A DNA stretch of 64,000 nucleotides from Epithemia pelagica (taxonomy: Eukaryota; Protista; Bacillariophyta), in NCBI GenBank assembly GCA_946965045.2, contig OX337234.1, positions 1,116,001-1,180,000 on the forward strand. Direction: 5' to 3'. Shown in pieces: positions 10,713 through 23,848 of this stretch. The notes under the pieces were generated by a model. That model was not told the DNA's origin and searched no databases. It saw only the letters and a program-made list of their open reading frames with translations. The stretch's first letter is position 1. Each line of letters opens with the position of its first letter. The position numbers and the translations under genes are program-made.

Positions 10713-12064
10713 TTACAGAATATTGCAATCCTTGTTTTCTGGGTCCATCATCAGATTCGCGAAATCTAATTTGGGAACACCTTCTTCATCCAACTCCAAT
10801 CCAGGAGCAATGGTTTGGATAATTTCGGCTGGTGGTTGACCGTATTCTTGCACTTGTTGCATCAACTCCACCAATGTGCGAGTAGTGCTTCCCTTGTTGT
10901 CGTTGTCTTGTTCATAGGTTTCCACAATGCGTTGAAAGAGCTGATATTGTGCTTCTCGACTGTCACAGGAGCGCAAAGAAATGGGATACGACACAACATG
11001 AAAAATACAAGGTAAGACAACCAAAAGTGTTACGACATGACTAATGACGACGATGCATACCTGGAATACTCTTCTTGCGACAAGGTTTCCTTGTTTTTAC
11101 GCAGCCAATCTGGAAATTGAAGAGTCACTTGTTTCATGGGCTCGTACATGAGTTCTTTGGACATGAGTTGTTCCATTATACCATCCATCAACGCATCGGC
11201 CGCTGCATCGGAAGTTCCATCCGTGTTGGCTTGTGGTATAGCATTTTGTAATCCCTCCATGAGCTGTTTCAACAACAGTTCATCCTCCTCTCCGAGCTCA
11301 TGGTCATGTTCATCATCGTCATGATTGTCGGCAGTTTGTGGCACTTCGGACATTCCCTTCATGAGACTTGCAATCGCATCCTTCACTTCATTGTTTGTAG
11401 AATTGTCTGGTGAGGATGATGGTGGCTTTGTTTGTGTCTCTTTCTTTTTGGATTCGGACAATCCTGTCGTTTCAGACTCGGTGGATGCCGTTGCAGGCTC
11501 TTGTTGATGTTTCGGTGGTGAAGTGGCTTTGGGGTTTGTGGAATTCTTGTTTCGCTTGGTGGACGAACCTGATTTGCTTGTTTTTGGTGGTGGCATGAAT
11601 TGTTGCATTTCCGAATCCATTTGTTGCAGCATGGATAACATGGCTCCTGGATCTTGTTCGAATTTCATCATTTCCTGCATGAATCCAGCCAACATTTGTT
11701 CCGTGACCGGATCATCATCACTAGTCGTATCCGGTGGCTGTAAGAATGATGGTGGTGATGGCGGTGGTCGTGGTGGACCCATGACAGGTCGGGTGGCGGC
11801 TTGTGTGGGTGTTGTTGTGGAAGAGGGCGGTGAGGTTCCAGACGAGGAAGAAAAAGAAGAAGATTGTTTCTCCTCACGACCGCCATGTCGTTTGTCCTCG
11901 GTTTTGGTTGGAGGTGGAGTGACAGCAGTATCTGGTGGTTTATTTGTACTCGAGGGTGCATAGAGCGAGAGATTGGGCACGGTCGAAGTGTCATGGATTT
12001 TGTTGTCGTCGTCATCGTCATCGTCAGCCAATGCATCGAGCGCTTCATCCAACAGGGAATCCAT
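10713..12064 (-). CDS. PEX19: Peroxin 19 (intron 11060-10960)
   Basis: MDSLLDEAL N-terminus, MEQLMSKELMYEPMK, FPDWL, MQQVQEYGQPP, C-terminal CaaX box CNIL. Confidence 0.93.
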
Positions 12065-12760
12065 GGTCCCAATCGCTAGATTTCGTTCCCAGACACACCC
12101 ACACCAACTGCGAGGTACTGTACAACAGAGCGTTTTACAATGCTCCGTGATTTGGTTTCTTGGTGAATGGGAGACACCACAGCTCGTGGAGAACAATGAA
12201 TGGGCTACTCTCGGTCTTGGTTTGTCGCCGAAGCAGAATCTCCACCATGGTAGAAGACGACGAAAGATACCTTCCTTGGTCGGGAAATTACTGAATTCTA
12301 ACGGAACGGGGGATATTCCACGGGGGAATCACCGTCCAATTTCCCCCGATTCAAACTATCCTTGCTACCTGCGGTGATCATTTCTCGCACAAGCGAGAGC
12401 AAGATATCCAGTACTCCTCTCTAGGAGTACGACATCCATCGAAACTGGAAGAGATGTTTCCAACCAGACTGTGTCATCGACTAGACGAGCAGAGGGAAAT
12501 ACGCTTGTCTGAGTGTTCAGTTCCCTGACGTGATTCCCCAAGCCCAAGGGGCAAGGACACACACGAAATGACTTCGTTTCCGTAGAAAGTTTCGTGCAAA
12601 AAGTTCCTGTCTAGTAGTCGTTAGTACTCCTAACAGGCAAAATCTAGTAGCAAAACAGTAGCATCATGATGAAAACGACAGATAGACACAACACCTCTTG
12701 AAATGCAACAACGGAGCACGGTTTGACGTTGTTGGGGAATGGCAACTGATTCGTTCAACT

Positions 12761-13666
12761 TCATTCGTCCCAAGGATCAATCACAATGGGATTTGGCAAC
12801 GGACCATGATCTTCCCCCATATCCTGGACCGCCAATGGGCGGTGTTGTTGTTGTTGCTGTTGCTGCTGGTGTCGTCGAGCACAGTTGCATTGACACGACT
12901 TCTGGCGTCGTCTAAGATATTCATGGGTGAAATGTATCGCTCGCGTCCAATACTCGGGTGGAATGAGGGAACGAAGTCGTTCATGCAAGGCGGCAACTGT
13001 ACTGTGATAGCCCGGTGCTTGTTCTTGGCTCCGCTTCGAACACGTTCGCATAATGGTTCGTACCACTTGAAGAAGGGGTGGATCATGCAACTCCATGTAC
13101 GCCATGAGTAACCGGACAAAGACAAAGAAGGTTCGTCGTTGCATCTGGAATTCCTGTGGAGTACAGGGATATTGAAAAAAGCTGGGATTCTGATGGTGTT
13201 GGGCATGTTGATCTCTGATTCTGGTCTCCTCATTGGCATTTGGAATTTTGGTGGCGTGAAATTCCAAAGAACAGGATGACGATGATGATGATGACAGAGG
13301 CTTGGAGTCTTCTTGCGCAGAAGACGTGTCGTCCGAGTCTTCTTCAATCAGCGCTCGTCTTGGCTGAGATTGCGTAGCTCGTTCTTGTTCCAAAAGGGAC
13401 ATGGTGTGATGACGGGGAAATTGTTTTGTGACGTAAAATTTCACAAGATCGAAGAAAATGGTCCTTTGATCAAAAGTAAGTATTCTTGTTTGCAAAGATC
13501 GCAAACGATGTTCCAATGTCGATCGACGGATCAATCTTAAAGAACCGACCAAAGAGACTGTAAAAGGGACTGATGACAAAATCAACGGGGGCTCGTCGTC
13601 GTCTCTCCTTTGCTTGCAATGGTCGAGATTGAGATTTGCTTGTGTGTGTTTTTGAGCCCTGGGCAT
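12761..13666 (-). CDS. Diatom-type helical-bundle protein (RST/alpha-alpha-hub-like), paralog of 45134-46045
   Basis: FFQYPC..Q...RTFFVFVRLL...LRSLIPPEYW..A core plus a poly-Q-HRPLAV tail shared with the 45134 ORF. Confidence 0.55.
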   Translation of the reverse strand: MPRAQKHTQANLNLDHCKQRRDDDEPPLILSSVPFTVSLVGSLRLIRRSTLEHRLRSLQTRILTFDQRTIFFDLVKFYVTKQFPRHHTMSLLEQERATQSQPRRALIEEDSDDTSSAQEDSKPLSSSSSSSCSLEFHATKIPNANEETRIRDQHAQHHQNPSFFQYPCTPQEFQMQRRTFFVFVRLLMAYMELHDPPLLQVVRTIMRTCSKRSQEQAPGYHSTVAALHERLRSLIPPEYWTRAIHFTHEYLRRRQKSCQCNCARRHQQQQQQQQHRPLAVQDMGEDHGPLPNPIVIDPWDE

Positions 13667-13866
13667 GAGAAGCGATCCGATTTTGTTGATATCGTGTTGA
13701 CGTTGCGTTGTTGGTTTGCAAAGGATGTGGGACTGGACGCTGCTCTTTTACCGCCCCATACGATGCCGCGTATTAAAATTTGTATTGCCCATTATTGCAT
13801 AATCAACCGTGTGAAACCGGAAGTACATCAAAATGGTCGTAGAATCCCCGAGCTGTACAATAAAAA

Positions 13867-14549
13867 AACCCTCGGTATCAGTGTCCACTGCTTAGCTGTT
13901 TTTTGTCTGTGCCACCTTCACAGGTTCCCATGTGGACACAGACAGCATTTTTCGCTTTTGATGCAAATAGAAATTATCAAATTGCAAATTGGCACGCATG
14001 CCCAGCTGAACTTTTCGACGTTTGAAGCGGACGCAAGCCCAACAAGCGTCCCCTGCGTGGATGACGGTTGGTTGTTGCATAATTCGGGGCAAGCTCACAA
14101 TTCTCTTTTCTTTTGCCAAAGCACATCGTACTTACTGCTTACGAATGTTACTGGCTTTCCAGGTGAGCTTGATCCATTGCCAATTTCCATGTTGTCAATG
14201 ACATCACTCATGCTCACGACCAATTGCCACTTTTGCTTGCTCTGCTCGTGGGAGACGCTACTCATCTGTTAAGTCGCTGGGCAGCTCATTACTCTCATTG
14301 TTCATTCTTGTCGAACAGAAATGACTGGTTTTTGCTGAGCGCCATAACTTTGATTGCATTTAAAAAACTCTATACTCTAGATATTCTTTTGTTTATTTAC
14401 TAGTAGAAGAACGCCAGTGCTTGTCATCCATGAGACTTTTGAGCCTTGTTAATTTGTTGCAGCTTTGTTCTTTGTTGTGAGCACGACGATGACCCTAAGT
14501 TTTGCTATGAAAACACAACAGAACAGCTCTCACAAGCTTGTACCGCTCA
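13867..14549 (+). mobile_element. Left arm of a ~690-bp long inverted repeat (foldback/long-TIR element)
   Basis: Reverse complement of 24880-25570, starting AACCCTCGGTATCAGTG, with scattered substitutions. Confidence 0.85.
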
Positions 14550-14804
14550 CTTTGAGCACTCTGTGTCGACTACCTACCTAGGTAGGATATGATAATTGGT
14601 CAGTAGGGTGTGGCAAGATGGCTTCCCATCTATTTGATGCAAAAACAACATCGTTGAGAAATGATTGAGAATGACGCTATGATGAGAGACGAGAGAGAAT
14701 AATCTATCCTATAGAGCATATGACAGTAGCCAAAGCCAAAAAACAATCAAACAACAAACAATTACGGCAAGGAAAAGATATTCCAGTTGACATCTGGCGG
14801 CTTG

Positions 14805-15525
14805 ACTTAGGATATCTGCTAGCTAGGTGTGATAACGACTTGATAATCGGGGTTAGTTCAGTTGGGTAGCAATGTTAGTCAACCTATCACGTTGGATCGA
14901 CGATGGGGCCCTCGCCTTCGGTCTACGATATAGGTTGACTCCTTTTGTAGACAACAGTTGCTTGCAACTTTTGTGTTTTAGAAAAGAGTGAGATTAATCT
15001 ACATGAAAGTGATTTTCAGGTCTGATCGATCTCCGATCTCAAGGAGAACTTAGCCGCTCCATTTCTCTCTTGAAGAATAGTTCTTCCTTGTTCTTTTTGT
15101 TCTTCATGATTAGATGAGAGTATTCACCTCTCCTGATTGTTTGGGCCTTATGAATGTTCTTTCTAGAAGGTACTTACCTTTGGAACAGGCCTGCTAGATC
15201 ATCTGGAGGTCGATCGTTATCTTTGTGTAATTATCAATTTGAGAGAGAGGATATTACGACTAGAGGTATCGTCCAACTTGCGTTCGTATGAACGGATGTG
15301 TAGGCTCGCGACTTGCATTGTGCATGTATATGAATAATTAGTACATGAATCTTCCTGGACTGCTGGGTGAAGTTACTATTCAGCTAAATCCATCTGTTGT
15401 TCGTCCGTTCAACTGCAACACGAGCGTCTGTCTTACTTCAGGACAGCTGCTTTCCTCTATGTCGTAGCTATGTCATGCTATGTCACACCTAGATCTAATG
15501 GTGCTAGATGTGCTATGTTGTAACT
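14805..15525 (-). repeat. 3' LTR (721 bp)
   Basis: Direct repeat of 23848-24568; only 2 substitutions found by eye. Confidence 0.95.
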
Positions 15526-15534
15526 CTCCCTCTC
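15526..15534 (-). promoter_or_regulatory. Polypurine tract GAGAGGGAG
   Basis: Immediately 5' of the 3' LTR in element orientation. Confidence 0.8.
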
Positions 15535-18500
15535 ATGGAGTGATTGGGCTAGAATTGCGACATGGAAGGTATGATGGTTTACCATCCTTGATTGAGCTTA
15601 CGGCAGCGCTCAAAAAGTTCTCGATTCTGGCATTTAGTAAAGTAATCAGCCTTTTGGTAGCTGTGCTGACCATGCTAACTTTCACGCCGCCGGGGTGGTC
15701 GCCTACATGCTCCCAAAAGAAGTGGAGGTAGGTGTTAAAATGCTTGATCCTTGGAGTTAGGCGCTGCTTCGTTGCAAGGTAAAAGGCTCCACTATTGTCC
15801 TCAAAGACTTCAGAGAAAATAGTGGGCTTCGGGAACGGCAGCTTGAGATTGCCTAGAAGTTCTTCAATCACTCGGCGGGTAGCTATCACACTACGCATGG
15901 CTTGTGAGAGGGCATGGTACTCAGCCTGGAGTGTACTAAGAGCTACCGATGATTGGAGTTGCGAACGCCATATTAGTGGGCATCCACAAAATGTTAGTAT
16001 ATAGCCAGTACGAGACTTAGCACTAACGGGATTGTCTTGGGGTTCGCGTCCATGCAAACCGGCAAAATCAGCATCTACATAGCAATCTAGTTTGAAATCT
16101 GTAGTAGGGGTGAAGATAGTCCCTTTGTCTCTTGTTCGAACTAAGTAGCGCACAATTGTCTTGATGGCGGTAGCGTGTGATTTCTTTGGTGCTGAACTGA
16201 ATCTAGCTACCTGACTAACAGCGAAAGCTATGTCAGGTCTAGTGTTGGTAGCCAGGTATAGGAGCATTCCTACTACGGAGCGATATTCCCAGCTTTCCTT
16301 CATAGGTTCACCGTCTGGGTCGCTGCCTAATCCCAGCTGGGTTGCAGGAGTCCAATTAGGGTTGCAATCTTCTAGTCCTGTAGTTTTAATAATCTTCGCA
16401 ATAAGTCCTTTCTGGGTCATGGTAATAGATTTATTCTCATGACGGATAAAGTTTATTCCGATTAGTCAGTCAGATTTCCTTCTTTCTTGAGAGATAACCC
16501 TTTTTCTTGTAGTCTTTTGATTAGATCGTCTATTAGTTCCATTTTAGGAGCACAGACACCACAGTCGTCTACCCACAGAAAAATGATGATGTTGTCTTTG
16601 TAAAGCAAACACTCGTCATGAGCACTGAGGGTGAATCCGTCTTCCTTTAAAGCCTCTAGTAGGTGGGTATACCATAACCTTGGAGCTGAAGACAGGCCAT
16701 ATAGACTCTTGATGAGTCGCAGGCAGGTCTCTCCAGGTTTGCCAGACCTAAATCCTCTAGGTAAATGAATCCATACAGGTTCATCCAACGTAGCTTGTAC
16801 AAATGCATTGTTAAAATCAATGCAGGCAAGCTCCCATCCTAGGATTAAGCTGATAGTGAGGACAATACGGATTGAGCTCCAGTGAACAACTGGGCTGTAG
16901 TTTTCTTGTTCCGTTTCCTGTAAGTCTCCTCTCACACAATATCTGGCTTTGTGTTTGAGGATCTCACCATCGGGAGTTCTCTTTCGTTTAAATACCCAAG
17001 TTCCTGGTAGAATCCGCGTTTTTGCCTGAGATTTTGGGACCTCTTCCCATGTTCCTTTACCTTCGAGTTCCATAATTTCTTTGTGTGCTGCAACTTTCCA
17101 TTTTTCAATGTCAGCATCTCGCATGGCTTCGTCATAAGAAAGCGTATCTGGATCAGAGAGAGATGCTTTCATGACGGTCAGGAGGTTGCTATGATCTACA
17201 GATGGAGGAGCAGTAGGATGAACGGTAGCCACATTTATTTCTTATACAAGACGAGTGGGCCGTTTAACAGTCCGACCGGAGCGACCGGAAGTGGGTTGAG
17301 TGGATTTGCGAGGACGGGACTCTCTCTGAGGCCGAATCTCCCTCTGAGGAGATGGACCAGGGGAAGGAGTAGTGTTGGGAGAAGGAGAAGGCAAAAGAGG
17401 GGTTGTCGAAGGCGAGGTTTCAGCGACCTGGTCAGTTTTCTCCCTCTGAGGAAGGGGTGTATTGGAAAAGGACATCCGCTTAGGGGATGGTTGATACACC
17501 GGTTCCTCATTGGGAGCTGAAATCGATACGGGTCTGTTGCTTGGTGTCGAACTGGGTGCTGGTGCGCCAATGGGAGTAGCACGGGGATTAGTTAAAGGAA
17601 ACGTGCCAGGAGTGGAACTGGGTTGGGAAGGCGATGGAAGCACGGCAAAAGGACGATGAGTCCCAATTGCATGTGCGACATCGGATTCTCTTTGTGTATA
17701 GGACTGTTGTGCGGCCTCATCTGTAGTAGTAGGCGCTTCAATATTTGGAGCATCGTCGTTGTCGAGATCTATATATTGATAGGAGGAGTCTCCGAACAGT
17801 TTATACCACGTGTCAGTGAAGAAGTCGGGCAATTGTTCATAAGTCATAGCAATTGTACTGAACCAATCGTCGAAAACTACATGGAATTGTGGTGTTATGT
17901 AGCCGGTGTCAGGGTTAAGTACCAGAGGGACCGAACTAGCATGGCGGTTACTTAACCCCATGAGTTGGCAACGTGTAGACCTAGGCTTCCAACGAGGTAG
18001 TTTCTTCCCGTCGGCAATGGATTTCTGTAGGACATAGACTGGGCAGCCCCACACGTGTAGGTCGTGGAACTTTCGTTGTTCCCAACGGACACGTGTAAAT
18101 AAGTCGTGGGGGCTAATCCCTGTGTCAGTACGGGGCACATGATTATGTAGGTACACTGCATGTGATACTGCCATGGGCCATAGCATAGGGTCAGCTAATT
18201 CTGGCCAGTGTATTGCAGCATGGAGCATCATTGTACGAGCAATAGACATAATAGTTTGTATTGCCCGTTCGGCAATGCCAGCATGGTGATGTGCCCCAAC
18301 TCCGGCAAATCTGGAAATTTGAGCGAATGTTCGGAGTGATTGGGTGTAATTCTTAGAGGTAAAGGCTGCTCCATTGTCCGTTAGGTATTGAAGCGGTACT
18401 ACCCCTATTTCTCTACAGAAAAGCTCGAAGGATTCCTTAACACTCAGCGTTTCATGTGTATTTAGGTGGGATTGAAATCCTATCCACGTGTATCCCGAAG

Positions 18501-21500
18501 CGTGGTCTACAAAGATTGCTCCACCTGTATAAAGATCGTTGATTTTTGATTTCCCCTTTGAGTCAAAGCGTCTCCCCTTTGTAGAACACACAAAATGATC
18601 TACTTAGATGCATTGACCTGGATGCAGGTTACCGTCTTTGGTAACCCCTTGTTTGTCTTTGACGATGATCGTTTTCGTCCCTTGTTCGGTTCGTCTGCGT
18701 TGTTTCCCGAATTGACATGCTGCGCACAAGGGTAAGTCGGTGAGTGTGGATGCGAGAGTGTGTAAATGACGCGTTTTCTCTGTTGTTGCCAAAACGCCTG
18801 TTCGCATGAGAAACTGTACCTTGAGAAGATTCATGTGTCCGAGTCGGTAATGCCATTTGAGAAGTTCCTTCTGTGCTGGTGAGAGGTTTGCGTTTTGGTG
18901 TGCGACTTCATTCACAGTACTGTTGAAAGCGAGTGATGTTGTTTGTAAGTGGTCTGAATTGTATCCGTAGGACATTGGAAGATTGTTCTTCGGATTTACC
19001 ATCACATTTACCTCTCGGCGATCAGGGTCGCCTGGAATTCCAGTCAAGGTAAGTGTATAACCGTCCTGAATGATTTTCTCTCCATGGTACTGCTGAAGAA
19101 GATTTTGCGTTGACAACTATCTCACAGAAATTTTTGGTACATGGAATGCAGGAAGTTTCAACATTCGTGGAGCGCCATTCGTGTCCAAAACCGTCCAAAG
19201 GACAGTTCCTCGTCCAACAGCCTTCATTTTATTGGCAATACCTTTTACTTTCAGATCAGGGAAGGGCTTGATCTTTCCAATGAAGTCCTTGGCGTCGTTG
19301 GTAATGGAGATACTCGCTCCGGAGTCCCAGATGATTGGGTACGAGGCTCCTTTTGGCATGGATTCACGAAGAGCCTTTGGATCTTGGAGTGTTGCTCGAA
19401 GAGCCTGTAGGGTGATGTTCTCCCACGGGTGGTGTGTGATGGAGTCAAGGTCAAGATCGTTGATGGAGGCCATCATTGCCATCATGTTGTTTGGATTGAG
19501 GGAGGCTCGGTGATGATGAAATCGTGGTACAGGCCGTGTGGAGCATGGTACGTTTTGGCAATAATAGGGAGTGTTGCTCCTGTTTTCGGTGTTCGATCTC
19601 TGACGGTTGTATCCCGCCAGATGTTGATGGGGATTTCCAGCAGAGATGGGGTGCTGGAAGCGACGAGTGCGAGAACGCAACAAACTTGTCTTTGTCGGCA
19701 TTCGTCGGCTGGTCGGTAGTGTGGAGTCATTATGCTCGGAAGGTGTGTTAGCGAATGGCCCGCGGCTTCGCTTGTGCCTTCGAGGTGAACTCGAGTTGAC
19801 CTTGAATGAAGTGTTCCGCCGTTTTCTCCCTCGCTTCGCGGGTATAATGGTTCGTAAGCTCGTAAGGCCAGCCTGACATAACGATGCCGACCATTCCAAC
19901 AATCTACAACCAAACACAACAATCAACCGAATCGGTGTGGAGAACAAGGAGAAGAAGAAGGACCTTGTAGGGGAGTTGTGGTTGGTGGCAAAGTGGGTTC
20001 GGCGGTTGTTTAGCTGGGCATGAAAGGCATTGACCGAGACGGCGGTCCTTTGGGTGTTATTGGGGCGATTTGGTCCCTTGGCTTTGTTAGAGTTCTTGGA
20101 TTTGGGACTGGATGAGAGGCTGAAACTGAGAAAGATGGCCACCCAACAAGAAATCCATGTAACGATACCAGGCATGCAGCCAGGATGCAGCAAGAAGGAA
20201 AGAGAAATTTCCTTGAATCCGCAGTAAGCTTCATAGACACCATAGTAGAGATGTACCGCGGCACTGTACAGGTGTCCTAGCCCATTTGTAAAGGCGTCCT
20301 TAGATTCCTCGGTAGTGGTTGGAGCTGGGATCAGCCAGAGGATGATCGGTAACAAGACAACAAAATGTAGAAGGGCGACCAAGAAAAGATGCTGAAGAGA
20401 GAAAGTTTCGTCTGAAAGCTCCTCGACTGGCGTGCGCGCCGGTCGTCGTGGGGTACGCACGTGTCCAAAGGTGAAAGGTGCATAGTAGACTTCTACGCAT
20501 TTTCCTACCATTGAGCCTCCTACTGTCTCGTCCACAGTACAGTTGGATCCGTCCGAAGTGTCTTGGGGGTCAGTGTCTCCTTCATTTTGTTGAGAAGTGG
20601 CAGGTTGTGAAGCCTCATCTTCATCATCGTCGAAATCGACATAAGCGAGATGGGCAAAATACTTGGTGACTGCCACTGTCTTGTTCGAGTCGTCATCATC
20701 ATCCGTCTTGTTTTCGGGTTCCGAGGGAACATATCGTTCGCCTAGCGTGCTGGTTGGAACGAAAGAGGAGGATGAGTTGCTTGTTGAGTCATCTGTCATC
20801 GTGCTCTTGTTCTCACGGAATGTTGTGAGTTTTGTTGCAGGAGTGAACTGCATCGCTGATCCAGAGCTGGAGGTGTCCATCGGTTGAAAACAAGGAACCA
20901 TCGGGCCTGGTGGAATGGGCGACATTCCAGGAAAGCAAGATGCTAGTCGAGGGTGATTCGGAATGGGCATTCCATCAACGAAGTATCCCATTGCCCATTC
21001 CTCTTCTTTGACACGTTGGTATGCCTCAGCCACGGTAAGTCTCGGCTCTCGCCAAGCGTTTGCGAACACGGTTTTGGCTGCTCTCTCGTACCTCATCCCA
21101 TCTCTTTTTGCTTGCTCTGCTTCGAGAATGATATGCTGCATTGCATATTTTGTCGATGCAGGGATGCTCAGCCGTCGTCTTGGAGGAGGAGGAGGCGGCG
21201 GAGTCGGATCGTTCGGAGAAAAGGGCAAGGGAGCATTTGGCCGTGGTGGCAGAGGTCGTGCCTGATGGATTGGAGAGATGGCTGGTAGTTTCTTTTCCAG
21301 ACTCGCCAATTGTCCAGCTTGGAGATGCTTGATTGCATCGGTCGATGTGTCCGTGCTTGTTTCAGGAGTTTTGTAAGTGAGATCTGTCTCTTCACTTTCC
21401 ATTTCGTCGTAGTTCTCATTGATTGCTGCTGCTGCTGTGATTTCTTTGTCGTACATGTCCTCGAGAAATCGTTGGGTTGCAGCGTCATTCAATGGATCGA

Positions 21501-23628
21501 GCGGATCGTCATCATGGTTGTTTGTCATCGTGAGATCCATGTCATTCCATTGATCAAAGTATGTTGGTCCGTTGTTCTTGGATGGCTCGAGGACTGGAAA
21601 GGTAGGCTCAAACGTTCCAATGGTACTGGTTCCTGATGAGTCTTCCATATCACTCTCACTGAACTGTTTTTCTTTAATGTTGGCTGAAGTGACACGATCC
21701 GGTGTAACAGCTTGGGGAGTGGTGTTGGAGAAGAGCGAGCTTGAATCTTCATTGGACTTGGTTTCTTCATACCTTTCTTCTTTGCTTTCTTCGTCTTTTT
21801 CAAAGGAGGCCATGAAGGCACAAAGTTCGTATTCCTCATCAGGTGAGTTGTCACAGTGGTCGTAATCGTCGTCCTCTGAGTTGTCTTCACAGAACTCATA
21901 TTCTTCCTTGTCCATTTCTCTGACAATGTCCCTGTCCCAGTAGCGAGAATGGAGGTCGAGTTCTGCTTTCCAGGCCGTTGCGTCAAACTCAAGAACATGA
22001 GCGGATGCTTTATGTTTCTGTTGGTTCTTGTTGTTCTTGGCCATGGATTTGAATCCGACAATATGCTCGCTAGTACGATGCGTGGTGTTCCAGATCTTGC
22101 AAGTGCCGCACCAGAAATATGTTTGGCCGTCTTTGGTACGTTCATCCGGCTGGCCATCTGCAGGCGGAACACGTTTCCATTGGTGAGTAGAATCGTTTTT
22201 CGGTGTGGAAGAAGGCTTGTCCGTTTTGCCTTTGAACTTGTTGTTGCTCTTGTTCTTCCCCTTCTCACGAAAACTGTTCTTGCTCTTACCATACGTTTGC
22301 ATCTGAGGGATGAGGGCATTGGCTTGGTAGCCGATACGGGTCTTGCCACGGCGATTGTTTGTCACTGTCAGGTTCCCGCCATAAGAAACAGGTAAGGCCT
22401 TGCTGTCCTTGTGGGAGCTTCTGGCACTCCATTTGCCTTGCTTGACACTAACAAGGTACCGGTTGTTGGCGATCTCGGAGACGTGCGTGTACAGGAGCTT
22501 GTTGGTGCTCATGTAGGAGTCAGCGACGGAACGATCGAGAAAACGGATGTGTTCTACGGCGTCTTTGACTTTCTTGTTGAGAATCAAGAGGTCAAATTTT
22601 GGAGTTTCCGGTCATTCAGCGGTGAGGATGTTCTTGAGGAGATTCGCGGTGAGGGTGTGGTCATAAAGACCAGCAGCCGAAAGAGGACGTGCCTTGTTTG
22701 CGAAATCAGTGGTAAGTGCGGTAATGTCGTGTCCTGAGTACTGTTGGGGTACCAGACTGCGCATCTCACCCTTTACCAACTCCCAATGTTCGATGGAGTC
22801 GTCCGTAATGATGCGGACGATTACCATAAAGAGGACGGGAAACGAGTTCGCAGAGCGGGATTGGTCCTCTACTTCGCGACGAAAGGTTTTCTCGAGAGAA
22901 TCGAGTAAGTAGTCCTGAGCCGCTGCGTCATTGTTCTGATCGTACTTATCGTATTTTTGGATCTGCACTGCCATCAGGTCCTGGACGCGCTCGTTGGTGA
23001 AACGAGGATGCTCCGTGATGATGTTGATCATCGATGTGGAGTTCTTGGGGTCAGGTAAGTACACAATCGTGTCCATCCCATGTTTGACAAAGTGCCGATT
23101 GAGCTCATCCTGCAATCGCGAGAAATCGCCTTTCTTCTTGTCAAACTTGTCAATAGGTCCAGTTACGCGGTCGATGTACCGCTTGTCTGTTAAGGTACGT
23201 AACTGGAGACTCCTGAGAGGTTCCGTCTTGGCTGAGTCATCTAACTTGGACCAGTCATGTTTCGGTTTTCCTCCAGTCCAAACGACGTACTCGTCACGTC
23301 GGGACTGCACCAGTCCGCCCATGATGGGCTTGTCTGGCATGAAAACGTCCGTGTTTTCTTGTGGATCGTCGTTTGCTGCCATGATTCGTTGCTGTCTCCT
23401 CCTGGATCTCGATACACCAATCAACGGTCTTGTCCGATCTGTTTCTGATGTGGCAGTTCGCGTTGGGTCGGTCTCAGGTGGAACAATTTGCAATGGTCGA
23501 GTGGTCTCTTGCTGGGATTCGCGTTGGGCGTTTGGATCGGCAGTTGGATCACTGTTCGGTGCTTCTAGAGGGTCGACGGTCTCTTGCTGGGGATCTGGAT
23601 TGGAGTTGGTATCACTGTCCGAATTCAA
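15533..23628 (-). pseudogene. Copia gag-pol, disrupted
   Basis: In-frame stops at 22612, 19117, 18604 and 17242, with the frame continuing through each (e.g. GQCI*VDHFVCSTKG). Frameshifts near 16462 and 15660. Zn-knuckle, HHCC, DDE, KARYCVRGD and LWVDD are recognisable. Confidence 0.92.
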
Positions 23629-23835
23629 CCAGTCGAAGCTTCCAAGTCCACTTGAGGTCGGGGAGATGTCGTCCGCTGTTGTGGATTCTTGGTTGGGGCC
23701 TTGATTGGCTCCAGTAGTATTTGCGCGCTTTGGATGCTTGGTAGGGACGACTCAGTGGTAGTCCTCCAAGGTAGTTAACTTCTTGATAAATCGATCGATA
23801 GAGAGAATAGCGTATGGTTTATCAGCCTTGATTTG

Positions 23836-23848
23836 GGCTCAGCAACCA
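23836..23848 (-). promoter_or_regulatory. Primer-binding site TGGTTGCTGAGCC (tRNA-iMet-like)
   Basis: Directly follows the 5' LTR and overlaps its last base. The tRNA identity is an inference. Confidence 0.7.

Noticed and set aside
13892-14119. 75-aa ORF repeated in both foldback arms (also 25357-25545)
   Set aside because: The repetition only reflects arm identity, and no transposase motif is recognisable.
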